A DNA stretch of 64,000 nucleotides from the human T2T-CHM13v2.0 reference genome, Homo sapiens: NCBI RefSeq assembly GCF_009914755.1, contig NC_060932.1. The stretch is one strand, 5' to 3'. Every line of letters begins with the position of its first letter. Within the stretch, counting starts at the first letter, position 1. A program made the translations under genes and the position numbers. Under the pieces are notes generated by a model. The model was not told the origin of the DNA. It did not search any database and saw only the letters and a program-made list of their open reading frames with translations. Shown in pieces: positions 41,430-54,544 of the stretch.

Positions 41430-41606
41430 CTTTCTTTCTTTCTTTCTTTTTCTTTCTTTCTTTTTCTTTCTTTCTTTCTTTCTCTCTCTTTCTTTCTTTC
41501 TTCTCTTTCTTTCTCTTTCTCTCTTTTCCTTCCTTCCTTCCTTTCTTTCATTCCTTCCTTCCTCCCTCCCTTTCTTTCTTTTTTCTTTCTTCTTTTCTTT
41601 TTCTTT
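41363..41606. repeat. (TTTC)n/(TTCC)n polypyrimidine microsatellite, 244 bp
   Basis: All pyrimidine except a single A at 41550. Confidence 0.98.
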
Positions 41607-44600
41607 ATCATAATACACAAAAGTCTACCCCTTTTCTTTTGTGAAGAAGTTAAAGTTATTAATTAGATTGTGCCCAATATGTGTTTTGATCACTTTGAAA
41701 ATGCATTTGTATAATTAATCTTCTAAAAGTCCTCAGATATACAAGTTAAACATATGGATAAGTAAAATACCAACTCCACAAACCTCAGTTTAGGATATTT
41801 TGTTTTAACTTTTCCCTCACGCAAAATTTTTCAGAGTTATATAATAAATAGTAAAATAGTATGTTCCATATATTGACCTGTCTCTTTTTCACTTTGTGTC
41901 AGGTAAATATACAACTATAAAATCAGACTAGGAACAATGGCAGAAACAAAAGCCAACATTATTCTAAAAAGTAGATACTCAGATACTGATTGAGTTGATT
42001 CTAAATACTAGATTATGTAAAAAAAAAAAAGGTTTTTATTGATTTTCCTAAATTCCATTGAGCAATACTTATTTATTTAGAGTACAGAAATATTAGGGCT
42101 GTTCACTTCATGGCTGCATAAAAAAATGACCCAGATGGCAGAGTGATTTGTCTAATATCCCCTAGTTATCTAGGGGATATTATCTGATAGCATTGCTGGA
42201 ATATCACAGACTGTATTTGAGAGAGCCAGAGTTTCTAACTTAGATCGGGGATGGCCTTCTATGTGATATTTCTCTGGTTTGGGGCCTTGTTTTGGGCCCA
42301 GAGTGAGGGAGCATTATTATACACATCAGAGATCTTGATGCACAGTAATGTTGCCCGTTTTAGATCACTCGGAATGCTCAGGTTTTTACTTTCTTCTGTT
42401 GGCCAATGGGATGGTTGGTAATGGAGGCCAAGCCTATAACAATTGCCATCAGAAATTGTGCTCTCTCTCCCTGAAGCTTCAGAGAGCTACCTTTCATACA
42501 TTATATATCTCAGATTATATTTAAAAACAAAAGCTTGGCTGAATGAAGAAATGCAAGTCTAGAGATCCTTTGCTTTTTTCTATCTCCTGAGGGTAACCAA
42601 ATTTTCTCAGTAATCTTATGAACAGTAATATTTTTCATGTTTTTTAAGAATCAGTCTAAAAAGTATGCTGGAATTCTCATATGGCCAAAGCCTATATATC
42701 AACATAGCAAAAGACTCTTTCAAGAAATAGCTTCTTAATAATATCGTATACTTGCTTAGGAAAATAAATTAATCATACATGCTGGCTATTTAATATTGTA
42801 ATTAGGTATATATATAGACACATCATCGATGTGACACTAACACTTATTGGTAATGAATACATCATTAATGATCATTGATACTGTGAGGATCTGGCTTCCT
42901 TCTTATTAATGCTTTATTGTGGAAAGGTGGAAAGTTCATTCGATGATGTATGTGTGTATATACATATATATTTTAAAGCTAAGCTAAATGTCTCTCCATT
43001 TTCTTTCTTAGCTGTTTTCTTCTTAGCTGAACACATAATAATGCTCTTTTATAGATTTAGACAGAATAAAGAACGGCATTAGAGGAAGCAACTGCACGGA
43101 AGAAAGGAGACTTGGGGTCATGTGAGGGAAGAGAGGCATGGGACAGTCAGAAGAGAGGTCAGTGGATATGGGTAGGAGAGACCTGAGGGCGACCCGAGGG
43201 GCGTTTGAGGTCATTACCTCACCAGTTACCTCTCATCGCTTCTTCAGTATCATTACACAAAATTCAAAATTAAGTAGCAGCAAAGGTCAAAGAGGAATCG
43301 AGCAGGATGCTGTTTTCTTTCCATTACAGTAAGATCTTCTTTCCTTCACTCAGCCCTTTATTGCTTTTCTTGCTGTTTCCCTTTTCAGCTCTGTTTCATC
43401 TTTCCACTGCTCGCAGCTATTGTTTATATTGTTTGTTTTATCTGTGGAGTGGAAACAATAACTCTGATTTAAGAACTAGAGCCCTGGCCATATACAAATG
43501 AGCACAGAAGTGGTTATATTCATGGTTTCAAGAGCAATTAATCTGGCAAGCAAGCACCCATAGAATAGACTTCCAAAAAGAAAAAAGCAAAGCAAAGCAA
43601 AGAAAAAACAGAATAAACACACTTTGTACCAATAAATTCTCTAACTCCAGGGATGTTTTACTAAATAGACAAATCCTTTAAAATTAGACTTATTCTAATT
43701 TTAATCATTCCATTCTGATTAATTTGGAAATAAAAAAACACTGCTTTTACAGAAATTTTTCTCCAACTGATTATCTGTGTACAAAATTCAAAAGTACATA
43801 TTAAATTGTTCAGGACCACAAAAATTGGGAGTCAGGAGAAGAGGGAGTTTGTATTCTATTTTGCTATGCTGTTTAGTTTTAATGCCAAATTGTTTTATGA
43901 AAATTACACTGTCCTGAATCATTCATGTGGTGTCTATTTGGTTGTAGGTCACACTGTTTTACATTATTTTCATTTTTGAATAAATCAGGGTTTTTTCAGT
44001 GGTTTAATAGTCTATCTTAAAGAAGAATTGTTCTAAATATACCTCAAAGGTTCATAGGAATATCATTTTTCGTGTGTGAGATATTTATTTGTGTTAGTTT
44101 GCATGGATATAGCAATGATTTGAATGGGGAAATGAGGAGATTTGTTAAAGCATCCATCTCTGGTGAGCATGGTAATGAATGTTTTCTTAATTATCTTTTT
44201 CCCCGTAGTAAACATAGATTTCCATGAAGAAACTCAGTGGATATTAGCCATTATCATAAATTTTGAGCACAATTATTTCTTGCCATTTTCCCCCAAACTA
44301 TGTTCTGATTGTTAAATTCTCTTTCTCCAAAAGTGTTTTTAAAGATAGAATCTTCTCAAATCTACAAAGGCAAATCTATCTTTTCCTTCAAACATAAGAG
44401 CAAAGCAGACCAAATAAAGGGTCTGAAAGAATAGAAAAATGAACCCTTAAAATTAATCTAGAAGCAGGAGATATATCAAATGTTTCCAATTTATCTTGGA
44501 ATTTGACATATGGCCTATTTACAATAAAAGATAATTGGGGTCAAACCCAATGGCCTTGTGAATTCTTTTGACCACCCACCTTGCTTAGTGTAGACTTCAC

Positions 44601-44932
44601 GAGTCTCGGAGAGCAGGTGCTGTGGATGAGCAGCTAGCATCGAACACATGGTTTTAAATCATTTTCTGCAAGGCATATCAATGCTTTAAAAAATGCTATA
44701 TTTCTTATATTTCTTAGCTCAAGCACTATGAGAGTTTTACACAACTATGACTAGAATAATTCCCCCCCAATTGTTTCAACATACTACTTGAATTTAAATA
44801 TATTCATTAGACAGAACCTTTGACAGAGTACTTGTGTAAATTTTGGAATTTTGTAAGATATTAGAGGAAACTGCAATGTAGAATTATGATGACAATGTTT
44901 TTCTAATTTATTTTAAAGTTGTTACTAGATAA

Positions 44933-45241
<309 letters not shown>

Positions 45242-45475
45242 TAAGTACTTATTTTTGCCAACCTATTTTTGGTGAAAAATTTCCTCAGGTACCAAGTCCT
45301 ATATGTTGCTTTTCGGTAACACAAAGTACAAACAACAAAATCTAACCCCACCTTTTTCTTAAGTAGGATATTCAGAAAGCAACAGGAAAGTCTACTTTCC
45401 CTGCAACTTTTACAAATCATAGAGATAGGCATATTCTCATAGATGTAGCTGAAAAGATGTACAAGTCAAGGTAAA

Positions 45476-45494
45476 TGTGTGTGTGTGTGTGTGT
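45476..45494. repeat. (TG)n microsatellite
   Basis: tgtgtgtgtgtgtgtgtgt. Confidence 0.9.
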
Positions 45495-46059
45495 CTGAGG
45501 AGCGGGGGCAGGGTGGTAGATATAATTATATATGTTATATTTCTTACTAGAACTACCAGTTACTAAGGCAAGGACTCAAAATGTTATTTGGGGGTGGGAA
45601 ACATTAGCTTCATTAGAAGCTCTGCACTTTCAAAACAGCACCACTGGGATAACCTGTTGTTGTGATGATGCTGCCCAGTTCCCATTTGCACAAGAGTTTT
45701 TCCCTTGAGCCAGCCTCAATGAGAACAGCTCTGTCCATCCTATTGAGCTCTGAGAACCCCTGAGGCCTTAACATTGTCTGGGTAGAGACGTGAACATTTC
45801 AGGTGAGTCTGTCTTGAATACAGGATCTGAAGGAATAGGTCAGATATGAACACAAACTATCTCTGATGATTTTGTCAGATAGTTTATTTTCCTTTAAATT
45901 TCAGTTTATTGGTTTTATGCTCAATAATCTTCAATGCAGTATAATTTTTATTGAATGTGGATGAAAATTAAACTCAATAGTAAAACTGAACTACAACCAT
46001 CTTTTTCTTCCTGTTTATATTTCTTATTCAATTAACAAGTATGAAATGAATGTCTACTA

Positions 46060-46220
46060 ATAGGATGGAAAAACAGGTGGCATGTAAGCTGCCACATCCT
46101 CCTCCTGAGGACACAGCAGACATCACTAACCAACCATCGGCAATCTCTCTTAATGGCGTCTAGTCATTAACTCATAATCTTTCTCAGTGTACTTCCCCAG
46201 GCAGGCACTGCTACTTACCC
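46060..46220. mobile_element. hAT MITE fragment (MER102-like) within an antisense L2 3' end
   Basis: tggcatgtaagctgcca...cagcagacatcactaaccaaccatcggcaatctct; family uncertain. Confidence 0.45.
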
Positions 46221-46270
46221 AGCACTGTGTTAGGAAATGTAGGGAAACAGGAGTATAAAACATAATTCCT

Positions 46271-46587
<317 letters not shown>

Positions 46588-47694
46588 TTAAAGAGCTTAT
46601 AATGTGCTTAAGTAAAAACAAAAACAGACGAAACAATTAGCAGCATAAGGCTTCAAAATTAAATTAAAAATAAATTGTAATTAGAAGAGAGAAATTTTAA
46701 TCATCTGGCATATATTTAAACAAACCACGGCAATAATGTTTTGTTTATTCTGTTATAGTAGTTCCAAATTTTATCTGTTCTTTAATTTATCAACACTGCC
46801 TGGCATGTGTATAGCACTTGGAGAACATCTCTGCATCCTTGAACACAATTTCTTATATGTTTTCAAGATGATTTTGTTTTCTAGGTTTCTCTCCACGAGC
46901 TTCATTTCAGGATTAACTAAGCTAAGGATCAGGACATAGACAGCCTAATCAAAAGTTACAATGTGTTAATAAATTTCAAGAACTCCACTTATTTATGTTC
47001 AGAGATGTCTCTGAAGGAAAATGAAAAGCTGAACTTGTAATAAAGTCTCCTTAAATCAGATTAATTTTGAATTTATGCTAATTTGATCAGGGTCTGGGCA
47101 CATGGTTACCAGTACGTTAAGCATTTGACAGGACTTAGAAAAAGATAGTGCTGCAAATAAAGTTATACGATAAACTCCTTAACTATATAAGAGAACAAAC
47201 TTTTTAACAGCAGTTTTAGAAGCATCTACTTTACTTTTAACAGTGTAATTACATGTAATCAGAGATTTGCTTTTTGAATACTCTTTTGGTATAGTAATTA
47301 TAAACTCTCTTACTCATTGGTAAACTATGACTTTTTCTAGGCCTTATTTCTTGACCTCATTAGACTTCCATTATGTATTTAGAAATAACATCACATTTGA
47401 TTTAAAAATTTATAATTCAGATATTATACAATTTTATTGACTTCTCCTTATATAGTGAGATACCATTTTGCTATTTCAGTGTTGGACTGGTTTTCTTTAA
47501 AAATCATTTTCGTATTATGCTTTAAGTGCCAAAAAGAGGCATTGCATCTTATAGCTTCTTTGGAACCTGCCCCAGTGTTCTGACTGACCTTGCATATATA
47601 CTGATTTTACCTGGCTGCCAGGTGTCTTGTCTTATTTAGATATTTAAATGGCATTTATGGCCCTAGCTCCTCTTCCTCTGTATACCTTCAGGAG

Positions 47695-47860
47695 AGAGGT
47701 GGTAGTAAAACATGAACATGGAAGTCAATCAGACTTGAGCCCAAATCTCAGGTTGGCCACTTGCTATATAGTCATATAAATGTAGGAACTGCACTTATTT
47801 CCATACCTATGAAATGAGGATGATTTTCTGCATCCCAGAGAATTATCAACTCAAGATTTC
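47695..47860 (+). mobile_element. MIR fragment
   Basis: cagacttgagcccaaatctcaggttggccacttgcta...tttccatacctatgaaatgaggatgat. Confidence 0.55.
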
Positions 47861-48349
47861 ATGTAGTAATTTTTCCAAAAATTTTGGCATCAGGAAGAGA
47901 GAATCATTGGATTCTCTCCCTTGATAATTTAAACTTAGAACACAGAGAGTGGCTAAAGCCTCTCAATGTAGCCTCTTGAATCATTTGGTCCATTCATGAG
48001 AAGCACCATCTTCACTCACCCAGCTGGCTTCCCAGATTCCTAATATTCTAATCATTAAAGAAATGGCAACGTATTTAAGCTGCAGGTCTAGAATATATGT
48101 TACATCCCAGTGCTGCCAGGCTTCATCATTTACAGCTTAGTTAAAAGGTCATTGCCATCTTTCTAAAAAGCCATCTTTTTCTGGATGACAGTGTAAATGA
48201 CAAGATGGTGGGCACCACAGGGATCAGCTCATTGCCACACTATATATCAAGGGAGTGTGTAAGGGATTCAGTAAATTCATGTAGAAAAATGACAAGAGAA
48301 GTGAGACAAATCCAAAATAATTGATGCGATGATTAGGATAAATCACTGC

Positions 48350-48510
48350 TTAAAATGATAGGAGAGGTCCAAGGGCATGGATCCAACACATCATCTCTGT
48401 GATTGTTTCCTTGTTTGCAAGAAGAAGATAATACCTACGTCACAGCATTCTTGTTTACAAACCAATACAGTGTTTAGCATAAAGTTAAGACTCAATAAAT
48501 ATTAATTTAT
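48350..48510 (+). mobile_element. MIR fragment
   Basis: catctctgtgattgtttccttgtttgcaa...gataatacctacgtcacag...ctcaataaatattaatttatt. Confidence 0.55.
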
Positions 48511-48789
48511 TTTATCTTATTTTCCCTACCACTTTATATCAAACTATGTCCAAGAAGGAGATGCAGGAGTCATGGGAAAAATATTTTGAAATGTTAGCAT
48601 TTTTCTATAATGTTATAATGTAGGTTTGTAGAAAAAAAAAAGAAAAAATTACTACTATTTGGAACTTAAAATAGTTTTTCTTTCTAGTCTCATATACAAA
48701 ACTCAGGGGTTGAAACAGATGATCAACTGCAAAATTATATTCTAAGATGCACGTACACACTGTTAGCAATTAGGCATCTAGAATCTAAC

Positions 48790-49005
48790 AGAGTGGAAAG
48801 TTAGAGTCAGACAGATCAGTATTTAAATCTTTAGTATGAATGTCTCTGAATTCTGATTTCAAACTCTGGCTCTTTCACTTCCTAGCTGAGTGAGCCTCCC
48901 AACTGTCTTTGAGTCTCTTGAGTCCTTGTGTGAATATTGGGGTAATGTCCTGCCTCATAAGGTTGCTATTAAAAGTAAATGAAAAAGTATATGTAAACTA
49001 ACTAG
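48790..49005 (+). mobile_element. MIR fragments
   Basis: ttcaaactctggctctttcacttcctagctgagtga...ctgcctcataaggttgctattaaaagtaaatga. Confidence 0.65.
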
Positions 49006-49165
49006 AGCACCAGTGTCCGGAATAGAACTCTCTTTGATGGTGTAAATGTTCTATCTGCACTGTCCAATATGGTAGAAGCTAGCCACATATGCTTAATAAG
49101 CACTTTAAATACTGCTAGTGCAACTGAGAAAACTGTTTAACTTAGTTTCATTTAAATTTGAAGTA
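49006..49165 (+). mobile_element. MER3-like hAT MITE
   Basis: aatagaactctctttgatggtgtaaatgttctatctgcactgtccaatatggtag...ctagccacatatg...gctagtgcaactgag. Confidence 0.85.
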
Positions 49166-50724
49166 CTAGTTTTTCAGCAACATGCTCATCAGTCTCTCTT
49201 TTGTAGTTGCTTTGTATCTCATTTTTACTTATGGATATAAAGTTCTAAGTCTTAAAAATTGAACATAAAGTAAAATAGAGCCCACAGATTTTTTTTTCCC
49301 ATCTGATCTCTGATTCCCTCTCACCCCCTTACATACAGCAGGAGCCCAGAGGAGTGTATGGGGTTGAAGAGGCTGGTTAAGGAGGGAGTGTCCAGGGCAG
49401 AAAATGAACTTAACCTTAGGCAGGTCATGCAAGCACATTAATCCAAAGTGGCAAGTGAGAGTCAGTCCAGAAATGAATCCAGTAGTTCAAGTTAGGGACA
49501 TTTGGGATGAACACGGGGAATTCCCCAACCACAGGGCTTTTTGTATGTAAGCAGCAAGTTATGGTCAGCAGTTCTCAGCTGTGTCATTCACTGCTTTGGG
49601 GACCCAGTAGTAGACCCCAGCATGAGCCCACAACTGAACAATACCTTGAATAGCATGAGCCCAGAAAATGGAAATTCTTTGTCCAAAGTCAGCCAGTGGT
49701 TACTGGCAGATTGGGAGTTAGTATTTCACTCAAACTAACCAGTCATTAGGACAAACATAGAAAACCAGTTTTTGCCGATGATAAACATGTTTGCAAAGGA
49801 GGATCATTCCGAGGAGCAATACAAAAGCAGTGACATCAACATATAACAAAATGAAGTTCTTTCCGGGGTAATTGCAGAAATGGTAGTCATACAATGACTC
49901 AAACTTTACTGATCCAAAAATCTAATTCTCATAATCCTGTCAGTGGTATCACTTTACATTGCCAGTGAAAAATTTAATAGCAAGGAGTAATAGTCAGATA
50001 TAAAATTATTAAGACTTCACTGCCTTTACAAAAAGCATTAGAAAGCATTTACTGGCATGTTACAAAGTATCATAAATAATTAAAATACATCTACTTATTA
50101 AAATATCAGGATAGTGATGTTATAGCTTCCTTGTTATTTCCTCATGCTCATTTGTAAAATTCAATAACTTCCAGAAGTTAATTGTCATTAGTGGAAAGAG
50201 CAAAAACATAGGTGATTAATGAGTTGAAGAAAGAGAAAATGGAGCATCGACTGTATATTTTCCTAAAAGATAGGAGTAGCAATTAATGTCTTCATTAGGG
50301 AAAAACAACTCAAAAATGAATCAAAGTTTTGCTAACATTTTGAAGACAATTGTTTAAGTTTTACTTATGAATAAATTATAGTTGTATTCAACTTTGAAAT
50401 GTTAGTTAAATATAAGTCTGTACTGTGAGAAAACATCAATATAAAATGCAAACATCAGAATTCAAATACATTTTCACTTGTTTTTATATTAATCAACACA
50501 GAACATGTAATCCAACTTTGACAAATTATGTACCAAGAAATGATGATGAATTTGTGAATTATTTTTCCAATTGTGAATATCCAGCATTTGATTTTGAGCA
50601 TGCATGGACATGTTAAACATCTACATATTGGAAGTGTCGTGCACACATATATAGAATTTTGGGTTGAAAGAGACTGCTGGTATCACACTGATCAGCTTTT
50701 AAATTTTCCTGTTAGAGCCTAGAT

Positions 50725-50862
50725 CCATGTTTCTTCAAACTTTATGTACATATAAATCACCTGGAGATCTTGTTAACATGTAGATTTTTATTCTGCATTT
50801 CTAACAAGCTCTCAAGTGATATAAAACTCTACTGTTGGAAGAACCATACTTTGATGAGCAAA
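50725..50862. mobile_element. MER5A-family MITE (short)
   Basis: ttcttcaaacttta...aatcacctggagatcttgttaa...tctgcatttctaacaagctctcaagtgat...accatactttga; 8-bp TSD GCCTAGAT/GCCTAGAG. Confidence 0.85.
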
Positions 50863-50969
50863 AGCCTAGAGAACTCAAATATTCGTCCGAAGTCAGACAA
50901 GTACAAAAATGAGGATTAGTATTTCTGCCCCGCCCCATGTACCCCCCATCCCTTAGCCCTCTTTTATAA

Positions 50970-51235
50970 AGCAGCTGTGGCACAATGGTTAAGACTATGA
51001 ACTTGTAATTAGCCTAGGTTCAGATCCCACCTTGACCACCTACCTTACCTGCTGTGGCCTTGGACAAGTCACATAACCTTTCTTTTCCCTAAGTTTCTTC
51101 TTTTATTTAATGAAGAAAATAATAATAGAACTCACCTTGTTAGGTAGCATAAGAACCAAATAGTTTATGTAAAGTAATTAGATGAATGCTAGCATGTAAT
51201 GACATTTCATAAATATTAGCTTTTATCATTATGGC
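50970..51235 (+). mobile_element. MIR, near full length
   Basis: gtggcacaatggttaagactatgaactt...cctaggttcagatccc...ccttggacaagtcacataacctttct...ataaatattagctttta. Confidence 0.85.
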
Positions 51236-53286
51236 CATGACCACCTTCCCATTCTTTCCACTTCATAGCAGTACTTCAATCTAGCAACCTATGTTTGTTT
51301 GCAGTTATGTTCGATGTTTGTTTTCTTAATACACAAGATCAGAAGCATGGCTAACAATTTGAATTATTTTTGGCCCAGGCGATTGCTTTGATGTCGCATT
51401 GTTATTTTAGGGGGACAATGTTTGGGGTGTTAGGAAATTGTTTCAAATTATTAAGAACTGACTCTGGTGAATGTATAAGTTGGCTAATATTTCTATAAAG
51501 TCACTCACTCTGAGTCCCTGCTGGTAACGACCCTTTTTGACTAGTATAGAGGCATTTTTCAAACTTTCTGTAGAGGTAGTGATTGTATTTAGAAGGAATT
51601 TGACTGTCTATAAACTAGAAACAGGTGAGATGTCACTCAACCTATAATAACTTATCTATTGCTACAAACGGTAAACTTGAAAGCAAGATTTGTTATAACT
51701 AAACCAATGCAAATAAATGACTATGTAAAGGTGTCATAGAGAAAGTTTTGGCTAATCAGTTTTGTTTTGTTTTTTAAGATTATATGAATTGGATTTAGGT
51801 TCAGCTCTCCTGGGTTCCTCAGAGTGGTGAGGAAATTAAGGGGGCACCACACTGTTTTATGTTGTTTCCTGATGGGAGTGTCATCCAAAAACTTAATTGC
51901 TCCTATTTTGCTTCCCCCACCACCACCTAATTTTTATCCATGTCCTTAATTGCTCCTGCCATTGGCACCATATGTGTCAGCCCACAAGACACAATGTCAG
52001 TATCATGATGCTGCAAGATGATCCTCACTCCAGGTGGTTTCATGGAAAGATGAACAAAGGTGAATGAGAAAGTAATTTATTTTTTAAAAAACAGAATGTC
52101 AGTTTACTAATGGATAATTAGAACTGTAACTGTCACACAGACTAAAATGTGCCAGTAAGAATTGTGTCAATATAGACATACTGGTCTGTGTGACAGTTAT
52201 CATTGTTACCGTAACTTATTGGAGTTGTAGTGTAGATTGGAGTTGGAGTGTAGATTGCTGTATGAGGAAAGCCAAATTTTTTCCAAAGAGTGCTCAATGA
52301 GTAAAGAATCAAAACATGGAAAATTTCATAATGTGAATTTTAATAAGATCAGGCTAGTAGAGCCTGCCATAGCCATCTCCAAATGAGGTAAGCCTGTTAT
52401 GATTTTAGAATAGCACATTATTATGCACCTAAAAGTTAAGGGATTGTCATTTAATTACATTAGGTCAAAGATAATCCAAATTTCATACATCAGGGACTAT
52501 AGTAATAATATCTAAGAATATCTGGTTATTTATTCAGGAATTATGTAGTTGCTGAATCATAGAGACATTAAAGTAAAATTAATACGTTGAATCATACTTG
52601 GAGTAGAACAGTCAGCCAACATGAGGTGCAAAGCACTGAATCTATTCTCAAATCATATTTGATGACATATCTTTGGAAAAAAAGATGTTTATTTCACTTT
52701 ATATGTTGAAAGCAGATACATTATTTACACTTTCCCTTGACTATTTTAGTGTGTGCATCTCTATTTTGTAATTTTAACCAGATAAATAAATTCTTATTGA
52801 TTTTATAACATAATCCAGAATCTAAACAAATATTATTTATTAAAATTAACTTCACATTTACACTAACATATTATTATGTACCTGAAAGACCACATGCAAA
52901 CATATATTAGTAATTTGAATCCATTTGTGAAAATAATGTAGATTTGACTATATTTAAATAGCTAGCATTTTATTTATGATATTGCTAATGTCTTATTTTC
53001 CTAGGCTTTGTACAGCAGAAATAAATGCTGAGAAGGTTGAGGTTGTATTATTGAAAACAGATGTAATTTTTTTGAAAGGTGATGGGGAGCAAAATGTCTC
53101 TCCAGTAAAACACACACGCAGACACAGACACGTATCCAATTTTTCTGAATGCTTCAAAGGTAAGAAGAAAGGGTAACGGGAGTAAGCAAGTTGGTAAAAT
53201 GATTTTGAGTGATATCACGTTATTTAAAACAAACTGCTAAATTTGTGTCAACAAATATGGTGTCAGTATATTAATAAAGCAGTACA

Positions 53287-53592
53287 GCTGGGCACACTGG
53301 CGTACACCTGTAATCCTAGCACTTTGGGAGGCTGAGGCGGGCAAACCACTTGAGCCTAGGATTTCAAGACAAGCCTGCCCAACATGGTGAAACCCCATAT
53401 ATACAAAAAAATACAAACATTAGCCAAGAGTGGTGGTGCACACCTGTAGTCTCAGCTACTCTGGAGGCTGAGAGATGGGAGGAGGGCTTGAGCCCCGGAG
53501 GTTGAGGCTGCAGTGAGCTGTGGTTGGCCACTGCACTGCAGCATGGGAGACAGTGAGACCCTGTTTCAAAAAAAAAAAAAACAAAAACACAA
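53287..53592 (+). mobile_element. AluJb-like
   Basis: GCTTGAGCCCCGGAGGTTGAGGCTGCAGTGAGCTGTG; poly(A); TSD AAAGCAGTACA(GCTG) at 53276 and 53593. Confidence 0.95.
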
Positions 53593-54207
53593 AAAGCAGT
53601 ACAGCTGAGTCCAGGTCCATGCATTTGTTCACGCCTCATCCACCAACATAGGTACCAGGCTCTCTCCAGAGATTATGAAACTTGGTCCCTGCTGTTGACA
53701 AGTACACAGTCAAGACAGGAAGGTTGTTTAATCCTGTCAACAATAAACATTTATTTAGGACATCAGTCTTAGCTTCTTATTATACTATTATGTCATTTGA
53801 TTAGTCCCCCATTCAACTTAGTTTCCTGTTCACTATAGCACTAACATTTTGTTTTAATGCTTTGCATTTCTTCACTACATTAATCACTTCTCATAAAATT
53901 TCTACAAATGTATTTCCTGATAGGTAATTATCTTCTTAGTTTTACTCTTCCATGTTTCATAACTGTTCTCTTTTGGACCTCAAGGCTGTCCATTTGTTGG
54001 TTATCAACTCCACCTATAGCTTCCTGCCTCTGATGGGCCTGGCCTGTGTTTTACCAGAAGGCACATCACATAGAGGCTGTAAAGGGTTGAAATGGGCCTG
54101 GATCTAGGTAAGGATGGTGACCATCATTGCCATAACCATCACCATAAGCTGATGTTTCCTATAGGGAGAAAGCTTTTAGAAGTCGTGATTTTAAAAGATC
54201 AGCGAAT

Positions 54208-54544
54208 TGTATTAGTCCATTTTTACACTGCTGATAAAGACATATCCAAGACTGGGCAATTTACAAAAGAAAGAGGTTTAATGGACTTACAGTTCCACAT
54301 GGCTGGGGAGGCCTCACAATTATGGCAGAATGTGAAAGGCATGTCTTACATGGTGGCAGACAACAGAAGAGAGCTTGTGCAGAAAAATTCCCCCTTATAA
54401 TAAACATTAGATCTCATGAGACTATCATGAGAACAGCACAGGAAAGACTTGCCCCCATGATTCAATTACCTCCGACAGGGTCCCTCCCACAACGCATGAT
54501 AATTTAAGATGAGATTTGGGTTGGGATACAGCCAAACCATATCA
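54208..54544 (-). mobile_element. THE1B-like solo LTR
   Basis: tgtattagtccatttttacactgctgataaagacata...ggacttacagttccacatggctggggaggcctcacaat...cagccaaaccatatca; TSD CGAAT/TGAAT. Confidence 0.95.

Noticed and set aside
41236-41666. Lys/Glu/Arg-rich and Phe/Leu/Ser-rich ORFs
   Set aside because: Artefacts of the stop-free (TTTC)n microsatellite
49780-50650. A-rich stretch suspected to be a decayed DNA-transposon coding region
   Set aside because: I could not identify terminal repeats or transposase motifs; needs a Dfam or translated search
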